A stretch of 64,000 nt of DNA, from positions 295,782 through 359,781 of the forward strand of contig JBFMAF010000037.1 in the NCBI GenBank assembly GCA_040755995.1, written 5' to 3'. This document shows, piece after piece, positions 9,554 to 18,699 of the stretch. The position numbers were made by a program, and so were the translations under genes. Positions within the stretch are counted from its first letter, which is position 1; every line of letters starts with the position of its first letter. Origin of the DNA: Acidobacteriota bacterium (GTDB taxonomy: Bacteria; Acidobacteriota; CAIWXX01). Under the pieces are notes generated by a model. That model saw only the letters and a program-made list of their open reading frames with translations. It was not told the DNA's origin and did not search any database.

Positions 9554-10669
9554 ATGATACCCGTAGGGAAGCTGCCACCCGAGATCCTGTTTCGTCTGCT
9601 CGGAGCGGCGGGTCAGTCTGCTGACAACGCCAGGGTCATCGTTGGGCCCGGGCTCGGGCTCGACTGCGCGGTGCTCGATTTCGGCGATCGCTACCTGGTT
9701 GCGAAGACGGACCCGATCACATTCGCCACCGATGAGATCGGGTGGTATGCCGTGCAGGTGAATGCTAACGACATCGCCTGCTCGGGCGCTCTGCCGCTGT
9801 TCTTTCTGGCCACGATCATTCTGCCGGAGTCGCCGGAGAATGAGAGGCTGGCCGAGAGCATCTTCGCCCAGATCCAAGCGGCCTGCGTCGAGCTCGGCGT
9901 CACCCTCGTGGGCGGCCACACCGAGGTCACCTACGGCACCGAACGGCCCATCGTCTCCGGCGCCATGCTCGGTGAAGTGGAAAAGGACCGGCTGGTCACC
10001 GCAGCGGGAGCATGCGAGGGCGACGCCGTGATCCTCACCAAGGGATACCCGATCGAAGCGGTCTCGATCATCGCGCGGGAGACGGAGCTCGCGCGGAAGC
10101 ATTTCGATGCGGAATTCTTGTCTCGCTGCCGCGAGTTCCTGCGGAAGCCGGGGATCAGCGTCGTGCGGGACGCGCAGATCGCGACGCGCGCCGGCAAAGT
10201 CACGGCGATGCACGACCCGACCGAGGGTGGAGTCGCCACGGGGCTGTGGGAGTTGGCGGAAGCGTCGGGCAAGCGCGTCGAAGTCGGCGGTGAGGGCTGT
10301 GCCCCGCTGGCGTGCCGGCCGGTGCTTCTCGAGGAGGGCGAGCTGCTCTGCAGTCATGCCGGCCTCGATCCACTCGGCTGCATAGCCTCCGGAGCCCTCC
10401 TGATCACAACTCCCGAACCCGAGCCCATCCAGCTTGCGCTTCAAGCGCACGGCATCCCAGCTTACTGCATCGGCAAGGTCGTTTCCGGCAGCGGCACGAA
10501 TGTGCGCCATCCGGACCGTGACGAGCTGGCGAAGCTGTTCAGCGCAACGGCTCCTGGCAGGCGTGGAGTACCTTCACGACGCGGAGGACGACGGCCTCGC
10601 CTGGCGTCGCGTCGACGCATGCCGGCTACGCCAGACGGGTGCCCCTGGTCTCCGGCAGCAGCAGCATGA
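9554..10669 (+). CDS. AIR synthase/HypE-like (PurM superfamily) protein
   Basis: GKLP, GPG.GLDCAV, TDPIT, VNANDIA, GGHTE, MHDPTEGG, DRDEL motifs. Confidence 0.85.
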   Translation: MIPVGKLPPEILFRLLGAAGQSADNARVIVGPGLGLDCAVLDFGDRYLVAKTDPITFATDEIGWYAVQVNANDIACSGALPLFFLATIILPESPENERLAESIFAQIQAACVELGVTLVGGHTEVTYGTERPIVSGAMLGEVEKDRLVTAAGACEGDAVILTKGYPIEAVSIIARETELARKHFDAEFLSRCREFLRKPGISVVRDAQIATRAGKVTAMHDPTEGGVATGLWELAEASGKRVEVGGEGCAPLACRPVLLEEGELLCSHAGLDPLGCIASGALLITTPEPEPIQLALQAHGIPAYCIGKVVSGSGTNVRHPDRDELAKLFSATAPGRRGVPSRRGGRRPRLASRRRMPATPDGCPWSPAAAA

Positions 10670-11867
10670 GCCCTGCGCCGGCGAGGAAGAACACCGAGGT
10701 CAGTGCCAGCGCGCTGCCGATGCCGTGCACGTCCGCGACGGCGCCTACTGTGTACGGTGCAAGCGCGCTGAAGGCGCGGCCGCAGTTGTACGCGAAGCCC
10801 TGCGCCGTCGCGCGCACGCGCGTCGGAAAGAGCTCGGCCAGCAGCGCGCCGAAGACGCTGAAGTATCCGTGGCCGAAGAAGCCGAGAAAAGGCCCGAGCA
10901 CCAGAAGCCCGGTCTCGTGGCCGCGCAGGCCTCCGTAGATCGGGACCAGCACCGCCGCGACGACCAGGAACGCGATGAACACCGGGCGCCTTCCGAATCG
11001 ATCGGCGAGGAACCCGAAAAGGACGTGGCCGACGAAGGCGCCGATCTGCATCGGGATGATCCATGCAGACGACTTCACGATCCCCATTCCGGCCCCACCT
11101 TCCTCCACCGGCGACGACAGGAACGCCGGCATCCAGCTGAAGAGTCCCCAGTAGGCGAAAAGCACGCTGGTCGTCAGAAGCGTCGCGGTGAGCGTCCGGT
11201 GCAGCGCGTCACCGGCAGTGATTTCGCGGATGGCCTGCAACGTACCCGGACGCTGGCCCTGTCTCCCTCTTACCCAGATCTCAGGCTCGGCCACGCGCCG
11301 CCGAATCCAGACGGCGAGTAGCGCGGGGAGCACGCCCACTGCGAAGAGCCCCCGCCAGCCGTGGGATGGGATGATCGCCGCGGCTAGCACCGCTGCCAGA
11401 ATGTAGCCGATCGCCCATCCGGACTGCATGATCCCGATGGCCTTCCCGCGGTGCTCGTCGGGCCAAGTCTCCGAGACGAGCACCGATCCGGCCGCCCACT
11501 CGCCCCCGAGCCCGATTCCCACCAGGGCTCTCCAAAGAACCAGCTGCCACACGGTGCCGGATGTGGCGGTCATTGCGGTGAAGATTGAGTAGACTAGGAT
11601 CGAGTACGTGAGCGCCTTCGCGCGTCCGATTCGGTCTGCGAGTATCCCGAAGAGAATCCCGCCGAATGCCGACGTGACCAACGTGGCCGATGCCAGCGCG
11701 CCGGCCTGGGCCGCGTCGAGCGAGAACTCGCGTCGGATCGCCGTGAGGGCGAACGCGTAGAGCATGACGTCCATGGCGTCGAGCATCCAGCCGAGCTGCG
11801 CCGCGAAAAGCGCCTTCCACTGCTCGGGGGCGATGCTTCTGTACCAGGGACCAGACGACTCTATGTC
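10626..11867 (-). CDS. MFS transporter; true start unclear, homology extends upstream of ATG 11786
   Basis: GILADRIGR and GFLADRFGRR motif A, GGEW, ELFPTRVRATAQG; TM1 QWKALFAAQLGWMLDAMD begins upstream of the track start. Confidence 0.85.
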   Translation of the reverse strand, partial: DIESSGPWYRSIAPEQWKALFAAQLGWMLDAMDVMLYAFALTAIRREFSLDAAQAGALASATLVTSAFGGILFGILADRIGRAKALTYSILVYSIFTAMTATSGTVWQLVLWRALVGIGLGGEWAAGSVLVSETWPDEHRGKAIGIMQSGWAIGYILAAVLAAAIIPSHGWRGLFAVGVLPALLAVWIRRRVAEPEIWVRGRQGQRPGTLQAIREITAGDALHRTLTATLLTTSVLFAYWGLFSWMPAFLSSPVEEGGAGMGIVKSSAWIIPMQIGAFVGHVLFGFLADRFGRRPVFIAFLVVAAVLVPIYGGLRGHETGLLVLGPFLGFFGHGYFSVFGALLAELFPTRVRATAQGFAYNCGRAFSALAPYTVGAVADVHGIGSALALTSVFFLAGAGLMLLLPETRGTRLA

Positions 11868-12323
11868 TCACCGTCCCGCGGCATCGGACCTCTCATACTC
11901 GAGCTCGAAGCGCAACTTGTGCCTGGCCTCTTCTTGCGCAAGCAGCAGGAATACGTCGCGAACCGGTGAGTCGGGCACGCTCGAAGCGAGGTCCGAGTAC
12001 AACCTGAATGCTGCCTTCTCCTTCCTCATTGCCACCAGCAGCGCATCCTTGTAATTCATGTCGACGGTCGGCTCAGGTTCAACCTCGTAGTCCTTGATCT
12101 GGATGTTCGGTGTCGCCTCGAGTGCAGGGAATGGGAGTCTGCCTCCCTGAATGTCTGATAGCTTCTTTCGGTGGACAAGCTCCTCGCCCGCGAACTGTTC
12201 GAAAACCTTCTTCATGTCAGGGCTCGACACGACGCGAGCGAGACCCGAATAGAATCGGAATGCACGTTCCTCCTGCTCGATGGCGTAGTCGAGCACGTCG
12301 ACGATTGCCTCCAGGTAGGTCAT
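11868..12323 (-). CDS. Rubrerythrin/ferritin-like di-iron protein
   Basis: AIEQEE.A..FY...EE..H repeated as AMRKEK.A...Y...EE..H; RBS GGGAGGA. Confidence 0.85.
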   Translation of the reverse strand: MTYLEAIVDVLDYAIEQEERAFRFYSGLARVVSSPDMKKVFEQFAGEELVHRKKLSDIQGGRLPFPALEATPNIQIKDYEVEPEPTVDMNYKDALLVAMRKEKAAFRLYSDLASSVPDSPVRDVFLLLAQEEARHKLRFELEYERSDAAGR

Positions 12324-12400
12324 ATGTCCTCCCCTTGTCTCACTGCGATCCGGTCAGAGAAGCGGCCCCCAAAATACCAATTCCGAGACGGCCTTGCAAG

Positions 12401-12706
12401 CGAATCGGGAGCAAGCGCATCGACGGCGACGTTGACGTCGTGTTGCCTGTGATCGATCCACAAGGCCAACAGATGTCCGCTGTTCTGGAGGCGAAGGTGC
12501 GCCTGAGCGGGCGCGCGGTGGAGGCATGGGCCAACAGGATGCGCTCAGGCGGATTCCAGAGCGCGCTGCAAGCCGCCGGGGTGGCTGGGCCGTACCTCGT
12601 CTACACATATGGAATGCGCGTGGATCTCAGCGCGCGTGTTGCGGCCGAGAGGAATGGGATCGGCCTCCTGAGCGGCCGTGGCGAAGAAATCGAACCGCGG
12701 CCCTAG
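12401..12706 (+). pseudogene. Fragment of a PD-(D/E)XK nuclease-like domain
   Basis: DVVLPV...VLEAKVRL...AAERNGIGLL pattern; no credible N-terminus; lies antisense within a minus-strand gene run. Confidence 0.4.
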
Positions 12707-12784
12707 CGAGGGGCGGCCTCGGACCGATGATGCATGCGGACACTGCCGATCGCCCAGCCGCGGCACTTTGCCTCAAAGCCGGCG

Positions 12785-14077
12785 TTAGCGCGGCTGGGGT
12801 ACGCTGGCCAGTTCGGCTTCCAGCGCCGAGGCGGCCTGATCGCACTCGGCGGCCGTGATCGACAGCGGCGGTTGAAACCGCAGCACGTTGCCGGCGGGCC
12901 CTCCGGCTCCGATGAGCACTCCACGTTCGCGCATCCCTGCGCGGATGGACTTGGCTTCCTCGGGAGCGGGTTCCTTCGACTTCCGGTCTTTGACCAACTC
13001 CAAGCCGATCATCAGCCCCCGCCCTCGAACATCTCCGATCAATGCGTGCTTCTCATGAAGCCTTCTGAAGCGGGCAAGCAGCTCCTCGCCGCGCACCGTA
13101 GCGTTCTCCGCAAGCCTCTCCTCGATGATGACGGCGATGTTGGCCAGCGCCGCGGCGCACGATACCGGATTCCCGCCAAACGTCGACAGGTGATCGCCAG
13201 GCTGCATCGCGTCGCAGACCGGCTCGCGCGCGATGAAGGCCCCAAGCGGGAAGCCGTCCGCTATCCCCTTCGCGACCGCCATGATGTCGGGCTGCGCCCC
13301 ATCCGTGTGCTCGATCGCAAACATCCTGCCGGTCCGTCCGAATCCCGTCTGCACCTCGTCGGCGATGAACAGCGCGCCGATGTCATGGAAGATCTCGCTC
13401 GCTATCTTGAAATACTCCGGGGGCGGCGCAAGGATCCCGCCCTCTCCGAGTACCGGCTCCGCGACAAGCGCGGCGACATCACCCGACGTCTGCTCATGGA
13501 GGACTTCCCTGAGCGCCTGCGCGCAGGCGACGTCACAGGCCGGATACGCCATCCCGAACGGGCAACGGTAGCAATACGGCGCCGGCCCGAAAGCGACTCC
13601 GGAAAGATACGGGCCGTTGCCCTTCTTTCTCTTGCTGTTGCCCGTGATCGACAGCGTGCCGATCGTGCGCCCGTGGAAGCTGTGGCCGAGAGCCACGAGC
13701 TCGTGCCGGCCCGTCGCCTGCTTCGCCAGTCGCATCGCTCCCTCGACCGCCTCAGCCCCCGAGTTCCCGAAGAAGCTCTTCTTCAAGTCGCCCGGCGCTA
13801 CCGCGGCCAGCTTTGCCGCCAGCTCGCCGACGACGGGCACCTGGTAAACGGACGAGCAACAGTGTACGAGCCGCTCCATTTGCTCGCGCGCAGCCGCGAG
13901 TATCCTCGGATGGCAGTGGCCCGCATTGACAACGGAGATCCCCGCGAAGCAGTCGAGGTATCTCCGGCCGTCATCAGCGGTCAGAGTGCGGCCCTCACTT
14001 GCCACCACCACGATCGGCTCGACACCCTTCGTCACGACGGGCATCACGAATCGAGCATACTGTTCGCGCGTCTCCAT
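12785..14077 (-). CDS. Class III PLP aminotransferase (GABA/beta-alanine transaminase-like)
   Basis: NSGAEAVE, SFHGRT, EPVLGEGG, ADEVQTGFGRTG, AKGIA, STFGGNP; ATG overlaps the upstream stop (TGATG). Confidence 0.9.
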   Translation of the reverse strand: METREQYARFVMPVVTKGVEPIVVVASEGRTLTADDGRRYLDCFAGISVVNAGHCHPRILAAAREQMERLVHCCSSVYQVPVVGELAAKLAAVAPGDLKKSFFGNSGAEAVEGAMRLAKQATGRHELVALGHSFHGRTIGTLSITGNSKRKKGNGPYLSGVAFGPAPYCYRCPFGMAYPACDVACAQALREVLHEQTSGDVAALVAEPVLGEGGILAPPPEYFKIASEIFHDIGALFIADEVQTGFGRTGRMFAIEHTDGAQPDIMAVAKGIADGFPLGAFIAREPVCDAMQPGDHLSTFGGNPVSCAAALANIAVIIEERLAENATVRGEELLARFRRLHEKHALIGDVRGRGLMIGLELVKDRKSKEPAPEEAKSIRAGMRERGVLIGAGGPAGNVLRFQPPLSITAAECDQAASALEAELASVPQPR

Positions 14078-15588
14078 CACACCCACCCTTCCTTCGGCGC
14101 CTCGGCGCCGAACCAACGCTCGGTCACAACCTTCTTCCTCGTGTAGAACTCCACGGCGTCCGGTCCGTGCGCGTTGAGGTCCGCGAAGATCGACTGCTTC
14201 CATCCGCCGAAGGAGAAGAAGGCCATCGGAGCCGGCACGCCCAGGTTCACGCCGAGCATCCCGCATTGAATCCGCATCCGGAACTCTTTCACGACCGCAC
14301 CGGACTGCGTGAAGATCGACGCCGAGTTCCCGTAGCGGCTCCGATTCGCATTCGCGATGGCCTCATCCAGATCCCTGGCCCTCAAGATCACCGCTACAGG
14401 GCCGAAGATCTCTTCGCGGGCGATCGCCATGCCGGGGTCGACCTGGTCGAATACCGTCGCCCCGAGGAAACATCCGCGCGGTCTGCCCGGGACACGCACG
14501 CTGCGACCGTCCAGCACCAGCCGCGCGCCCTCGGCCAGTCCTCGCTCGATCCACCCGAGCAGTCGTTCAAGATGCTCCCGGCTGTGCACCGGGCAAAGCT
14601 CGGCGGCCGGGTCCATCCCATCGCCAAGCCTCATCGCCCTCGATGCCTCGATGAAGCTCGCGACGACCTCGTCCTGCCGGCGGCGGTCGCCGACTGGGAC
14701 AAGCACCCCGCCCGCCAGACAGCGCTGCCCCGCGCAGCCGTACATCGAACCGGTCAGAGCCGGGAGACCGCGCGGGAGGTCGGCGTCGGGCATCACGATG
14801 AGATGGTTCTTCGCCCCGCCCAGTGCCTGCACCCGCTTCGCCGCTGACGCAGCGATTCTGTGCACCGACTCGGCCACCGCCGAGGAGCCGACGAAAGAGA
14901 CCGCCTGGACCTGCTCGGACGCGAGCAGCCTCTCGCTGACTTCGCGCCCGCCGTGAACGACGCTGACCACACCCAGCGGCAGCCCGGCCTCGCAAAAGAG
15001 CGACGCGAGCACGGCGGCGGTAAGCGGCGCCTTCTCCGACGGCTTGAGGATGAAGCTGTTGCCGCAGGCTACCGCGATCGGCATCATCCACATCGGGATC
15101 ATGGCGGGGAAGTTGAACGGTGGAATGCCGGCCACCACACCCAGTGGTTCGCGCACCGAGTAGCAGTCGACGTCCTTCGATATCTCGGGAAGAGTCCTAC
15201 CCATCATGTGCGTCGGAATGCCGCAGGAGAACTCGACGACGTCGATGCCGCGGCGCACAGATCCGCGCGCCTCGCTCAGAAGCTTGCCGTTCTCCTTCAC
15301 GATCAGCGCAGCGATCTCGTCGAACCGGGCCTCCAGAAGCTGCCGGTATCGGAAGAGAACGGACACCCGTTCCGGAGGAGGCGTCGCGCGCCATCCTACG
15401 AAAGCTTCCGCCGCCCTGGCACATGCCTCGTCGATCTGAGCGTCAGAAGCCTCGCGCACCTCAGCCACGACCTCGTCGGTGTCGGCCGGATTGCGAATCA
15501 GCCGCGTCTGCGACCCCTCTCCGCCCACCCATCTGCCGCCAACAAGGCTCTGATCCGGTTGAGCCTTGACCGCATTCAGTCTCGTCAT
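14077..15588 (-). CDS. mmsA: CoA-acylating (methyl)malonate-semialdehyde dehydrogenase
   Basis: PPFNFPAMIP, SFVGS, KRVQALGGAKNH, GCAGQRC, VPAPMAFFSFGGWK; RBS AGGAG. Confidence 0.9.
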   Translation of the reverse strand: MTRLNAVKAQPDQSLVGGRWVGGEGSQTRLIRNPADTDEVVAEVREASDAQIDEACARAAEAFVGWRATPPPERVSVLFRYRQLLEARFDEIAALIVKENGKLLSEARGSVRRGIDVVEFSCGIPTHMMGRTLPEISKDVDCYSVREPLGVVAGIPPFNFPAMIPMWMMPIAVACGNSFILKPSEKAPLTAAVLASLFCEAGLPLGVVSVVHGGREVSERLLASEQVQAVSFVGSSAVAESVHRIAASAAKRVQALGGAKNHLIVMPDADLPRGLPALTGSMYGCAGQRCLAGGVLVPVGDRRRQDEVVASFIEASRAMRLGDGMDPAAELCPVHSREHLERLLGWIERGLAEGARLVLDGRSVRVPGRPRGCFLGATVFDQVDPGMAIAREEIFGPVAVILRARDLDEAIANANRSRYGNSASIFTQSGAVVKEFRMRIQCGMLGVNLGVPAPMAFFSFGGWKQSIFADLNAHGPDAVEFYTRKKVVTERWFGAEAPKEGWV

Positions 15589-15590
15589 TA

Positions 15591-16361
15591 TCACTCTCCT
15601 TGTGAAGCCATAGTTCGTCTGACCCGCAGAATGACCGGCGAGCCGAACCGTTCCGTCAGGCCCACGGCGCGACAGATGCGCTCGGCGGCAGCCGAGAGCG
15701 GCTGCACGCGAAGCATCCGATGCAGCAGCATTGGAAAGAAGTACTGAGGGAAGCGGGCGCCCGGTTCGAACCCCTGCAGCCGGAGCTCATCGAGCAAGTC
15801 CGCCTCGCGGAAGCAGGTGAACGGCCGCACGGTTTCTTCATAGCGTCGCTTCACGCCGAAGAGAAGCGGAGCTGCGTAGTTGAGGCTGCGGACCGAGGGG
15901 TAGTCCAGGATGACGGCGAGGCGGCTGACACGCGCCAGCTCGGACACGAACCGCTTCCACCGTATCACGTGCGCCATGAGCCGGTAGCTCACGGTCACAT
16001 CGAAAGAGGCGTCGGCGTAGGGCAGCGCCAGCAGGTCGCCGGCGTCGAACGCACAGAGCCCCTGGTCGACATACGCCTGTACGCGCTTGCGGCAGACTTC
16101 GGCGCTGCCCAATACCATCACCTTGTGGCCGGCCCGGACGAGCGCCGGGGTGAGCTGCCCGTGGCCTCCCCCGACATCCAGCACCGTGGCGCCCGGGTAC
16201 GGCCGAAGCATGGCGAGCGTGGCCCGCTCCTGCACATCAAGAAACCATCGGCCGACTCTCCCGTCGAACCTTCGCGCGTACTCGTCGGAGGATGTCTCGA
16301 TATCCGCCGTTTCCAGGAAGCCGCTCTCAGCCCCCGCCAGCTCACGATCGCGCGTTCCCAT
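15591..16361 (-). CDS. Class I SAM-dependent methyltransferase
   Basis: VLDVGGGHG motif I, LPYADASFD. Confidence 0.8.
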   Translation of the reverse strand: MGTRDRELAGAESGFLETADIETSSDEYARRFDGRVGRWFLDVQERATLAMLRPYPGATVLDVGGGHGQLTPALVRAGHKVMVLGSAEVCRKRVQAYVDQGLCAFDAGDLLALPYADASFDVTVSYRLMAHVIRWKRFVSELARVSRLAVILDYPSVRSLNYAAPLLFGVKRRYEETVRPFTCFREADLLDELRLQGFEPGARFPQYFFPMLLHRMLRVQPLSAAAERICRAVGLTERFGSPVILRVRRTMASQGE

Positions 16362-16362
16362 T

Positions 16363-17163
16363 TTATTTACAGATGTAGTAAATAACCACCAACGCTCCGA
16401 ACCCGATCCGATACCATGCAAAACCCACGAAGCTGTGGTGCTGAACGAACTTCAGGAAGCCGCGGACGATCAGCAGGGCCGAGACGAAGGCAACTGCGAA
16501 TCCGGCCGCGAAATCCGCGGCATCCGCCGGAGTCATCTGCCCGGCGTGCTTCGCGAGGTCGAAAAGCGTCGCGGCGAACATGGTCGGTATGGCGAGGAAG
16601 AACGAGTATTCGGTGGCGGCCCGGCGCGGTACGCCGAGGGCCATGCCGCCCATGATCGTAGCGGCCGATCGCGAGACCCCTGGGACGAGCGACAGGCACT
16701 GCGCCAGGCCGATCCCGAGGGCGTGCCGCCACGAAATCGAATCGATGGCGTCGTCGAGGGACGGGCGAGCCAGCCGTTCCACGATGAGGATCGCGATGCC
16801 TCCGGCGGCCAGCGTGAATCCGACCAGGAGCGGCGAGAAGAGATAGAGCTTGATGTAGGAATGGAGCAGCAGGCCGGCCAGGGCCGCGGGTAGAAACGAG
16901 ACGAGGATCGCCGCAGCCAAGGGGCGCTCGCTTCTGACCCACAGACAGCCCAGCAGCCGCAGCACCCGCCCGCGATACAACCACATGACCGCAAGGATCG
17001 CGCCGAGCTGGATGAAGATCTCGAATGTCTTGGCGGTCTCGCCGGTCCACCCGAGCAGATCACCGACAAGGATCAGGTGCGCGGTCGACGACACCGGGAT
17101 GAACTCCGTCACGCCCTCCACAAGCCCCAGTATCACTGCGCCGGCCAGATCCACGAGCAGCAA
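16363..17163 (-). CDS. uppP: Undecaprenyl-diphosphate phosphatase
   Basis: LVEGVTEFIPVSSTAHL, IQLGAILAV, PGVSRS, EYSFFLAIP, FAWYRI. Confidence 0.95.
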   Translation of the reverse strand: MLLVDLAGAVILGLVEGVTEFIPVSSTAHLILVGDLLGWTGETAKTFEIFIQLGAILAVMWLYRGRVLRLLGCLWVRSERPLAAAILVSFLPAALAGLLLHSYIKLYLFSPLLVGFTLAAGGIAILIVERLARPSLDDAIDSISWRHALGIGLAQCLSLVPGVSRSAATIMGGMALGVPRRAATEYSFFLAIPTMFAATLFDLAKHAGQMTPADAADFAAGFAVAFVSALLIVRGFLKFVQHHSFVGFAWYRIGFGALVVIYYICK

Positions 17164-17465
17164 TCTACCTCAGCGCCCCCGCCCGCGCAAACGTCAGCCG
17201 CACCGCGCGTGTTGCTCGAGTGACACATCCACCCACTTCCTACAGGCCCGCCGGGCCTGGGCCTGGGCTGCAGGGCAGAACTCGATGAGATCTCAGGAAT
17301 CCCGCAGCATTGCCATCATGGTTATCAGCCGAGGAGTCGTTTCAGAGACGGCGTCCTCTTGCAACTGCTGAGCTGACCTCCGATTCGAAGGGTCCTCCAG
17401 AACCAGCGACGGGGTTTCCACGTACATCTATTTCGATACCCATTGATGCTGAACCGGAGATTGTG

Positions 17466-18698
17466 ATGAAGCGAAAAAGAGTCTGGTGGACGATTGGAGG
17501 AGTGGCCGCGATCGTGGCGATCGGAGGCGCCGTAGCCGCTTTCCGAGGGGGCCAGAAGCAGACGGCGGTTGCGATGGCGGTAGTGGGGCGCGAGGACCTC
17601 CAGGCCAAGGTGACTGCCAACGGCAAGGTGCAGGCGCAGAAGAAAGTCGACATCTCGGCGACGATCGCAGGGCAGATCACCCAGCTCGCAGTCGAAGAGG
17701 GCGACCTCGTCAAGAAGGGGCAGTTCCTCCTGCAGATCGACCCTGTCAACCCGCGCGCGCTGGCGAAGAGCACCGAGTTCTCGACACAGGCTCTGCGCAA
17801 GGAGCTCGACTCGGCCCGGTTCAACTTCGAGCAGGCGCGGGCGGATGCCGAGCGAGCCGAGGCCAACCACGCCGCAGGCATCGTGCCGCTGGCCGAGCTC
17901 CAGCGGGCGCGCACCTACAAGGCCACGGCAGAGGCCGCTCTGCACGCAGCCGAAGAACGCGTGGAGCAGGCCCTCGCAACACTCGAGGGCGCTCGCGACA
18001 CCCTCGCCAAGACCACCGTACGCTCTCCCATCGACGGTGTCGTCACCGCGCGCCGCGTCGAGGAGGGTGAGGTCGCCGTCATCGGCGTCCAGAACAGCCC
18101 CGGTACCGTGCTGCTTACGATCTCGGACATGTCCGTGGTCGAGTCTGAAATGGAAGTCGACGAGACGTCGATCCCTTCGGTCGCCGTGGCGCAGGAGGCG
18201 GTCATACGCGTCGACGCCTATCCGAACAAGACCTTCGAGGGGGTGGTCACCGAGGTGGGCAGCTCACCAATCCTCCAATCGGGCGCGCTCACCGAAGCCA
18301 TCAAGTTCAAGGTCAAGATAAAGATCCAGAATCCGCCTCCCGGCATAAAGCCGGGCCTCTCGGTGCAGGCGGATATCATGACCGGTTTCAGACCCCAGGC
18401 GCTGACGGTCCCGATCCAGGCGCTGGTCATGCGTGAGAAGGAGCGGAAGCCTGGGCAGGCTCCGCGTCGCGGCGAGCCGCGGGATGAGGAGGGAGTCTGG
18501 ATCGTCAACGCAGGCAAGGTCCGCTTTCAGCCGATCACGACGGGGCTGCTGGGCGAGCTGTCGATCGAGGTGCTGTCGGGGCTCAAAGGCGGCGAGACCA
18601 TCGTCACCGGCCCGTTCCGCGCTCTCCGTGAGCTCAAGCCCGACGACGCCGTGCGCGCCGAGAAACCCGAGGAAGACGCTACAACAGCGAGCAGATGA
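17466..18698 (+). CDS. Efflux periplasmic adaptor (MacA/HlyD-like MFP)
   Basis: N-terminal TM, V.EGD.VKKGQ.LL.ID, RSPIDGVV, VDETSI, KPGLS. Confidence 0.9.
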   Translation: MKRKRVWWTIGGVAAIVAIGGAVAAFRGGQKQTAVAMAVVGREDLQAKVTANGKVQAQKKVDISATIAGQITQLAVEEGDLVKKGQFLLQIDPVNPRALAKSTEFSTQALRKELDSARFNFEQARADAERAEANHAAGIVPLAELQRARTYKATAEAALHAAEERVEQALATLEGARDTLAKTTVRSPIDGVVTARRVEEGEVAVIGVQNSPGTVLLTISDMSVVESEMEVDETSIPSVAVAQEAVIRVDAYPNKTFEGVVTEVGSSPILQSGALTEAIKFKVKIKIQNPPPGIKPGLSVQADIMTGFRPQALTVPIQALVMREKERKPGQAPRRGEPRDEEGVWIVNAGKVRFQPITTGLLGELSIEVLSGLKGGETIVTGPFRALRELKPDDAVRAEKPEEDATTASR

Positions 18699-18699
18699 C

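Noticed and set aside
12734..14146. Long alternative ORFs, also 9521-10510, 18679-19944, 41904-42995, 45146-46579 and 56309-57370
   Set aside because: Shadow or alternate frames of well-supported genes, expected in high-GC DNA, with no motifs
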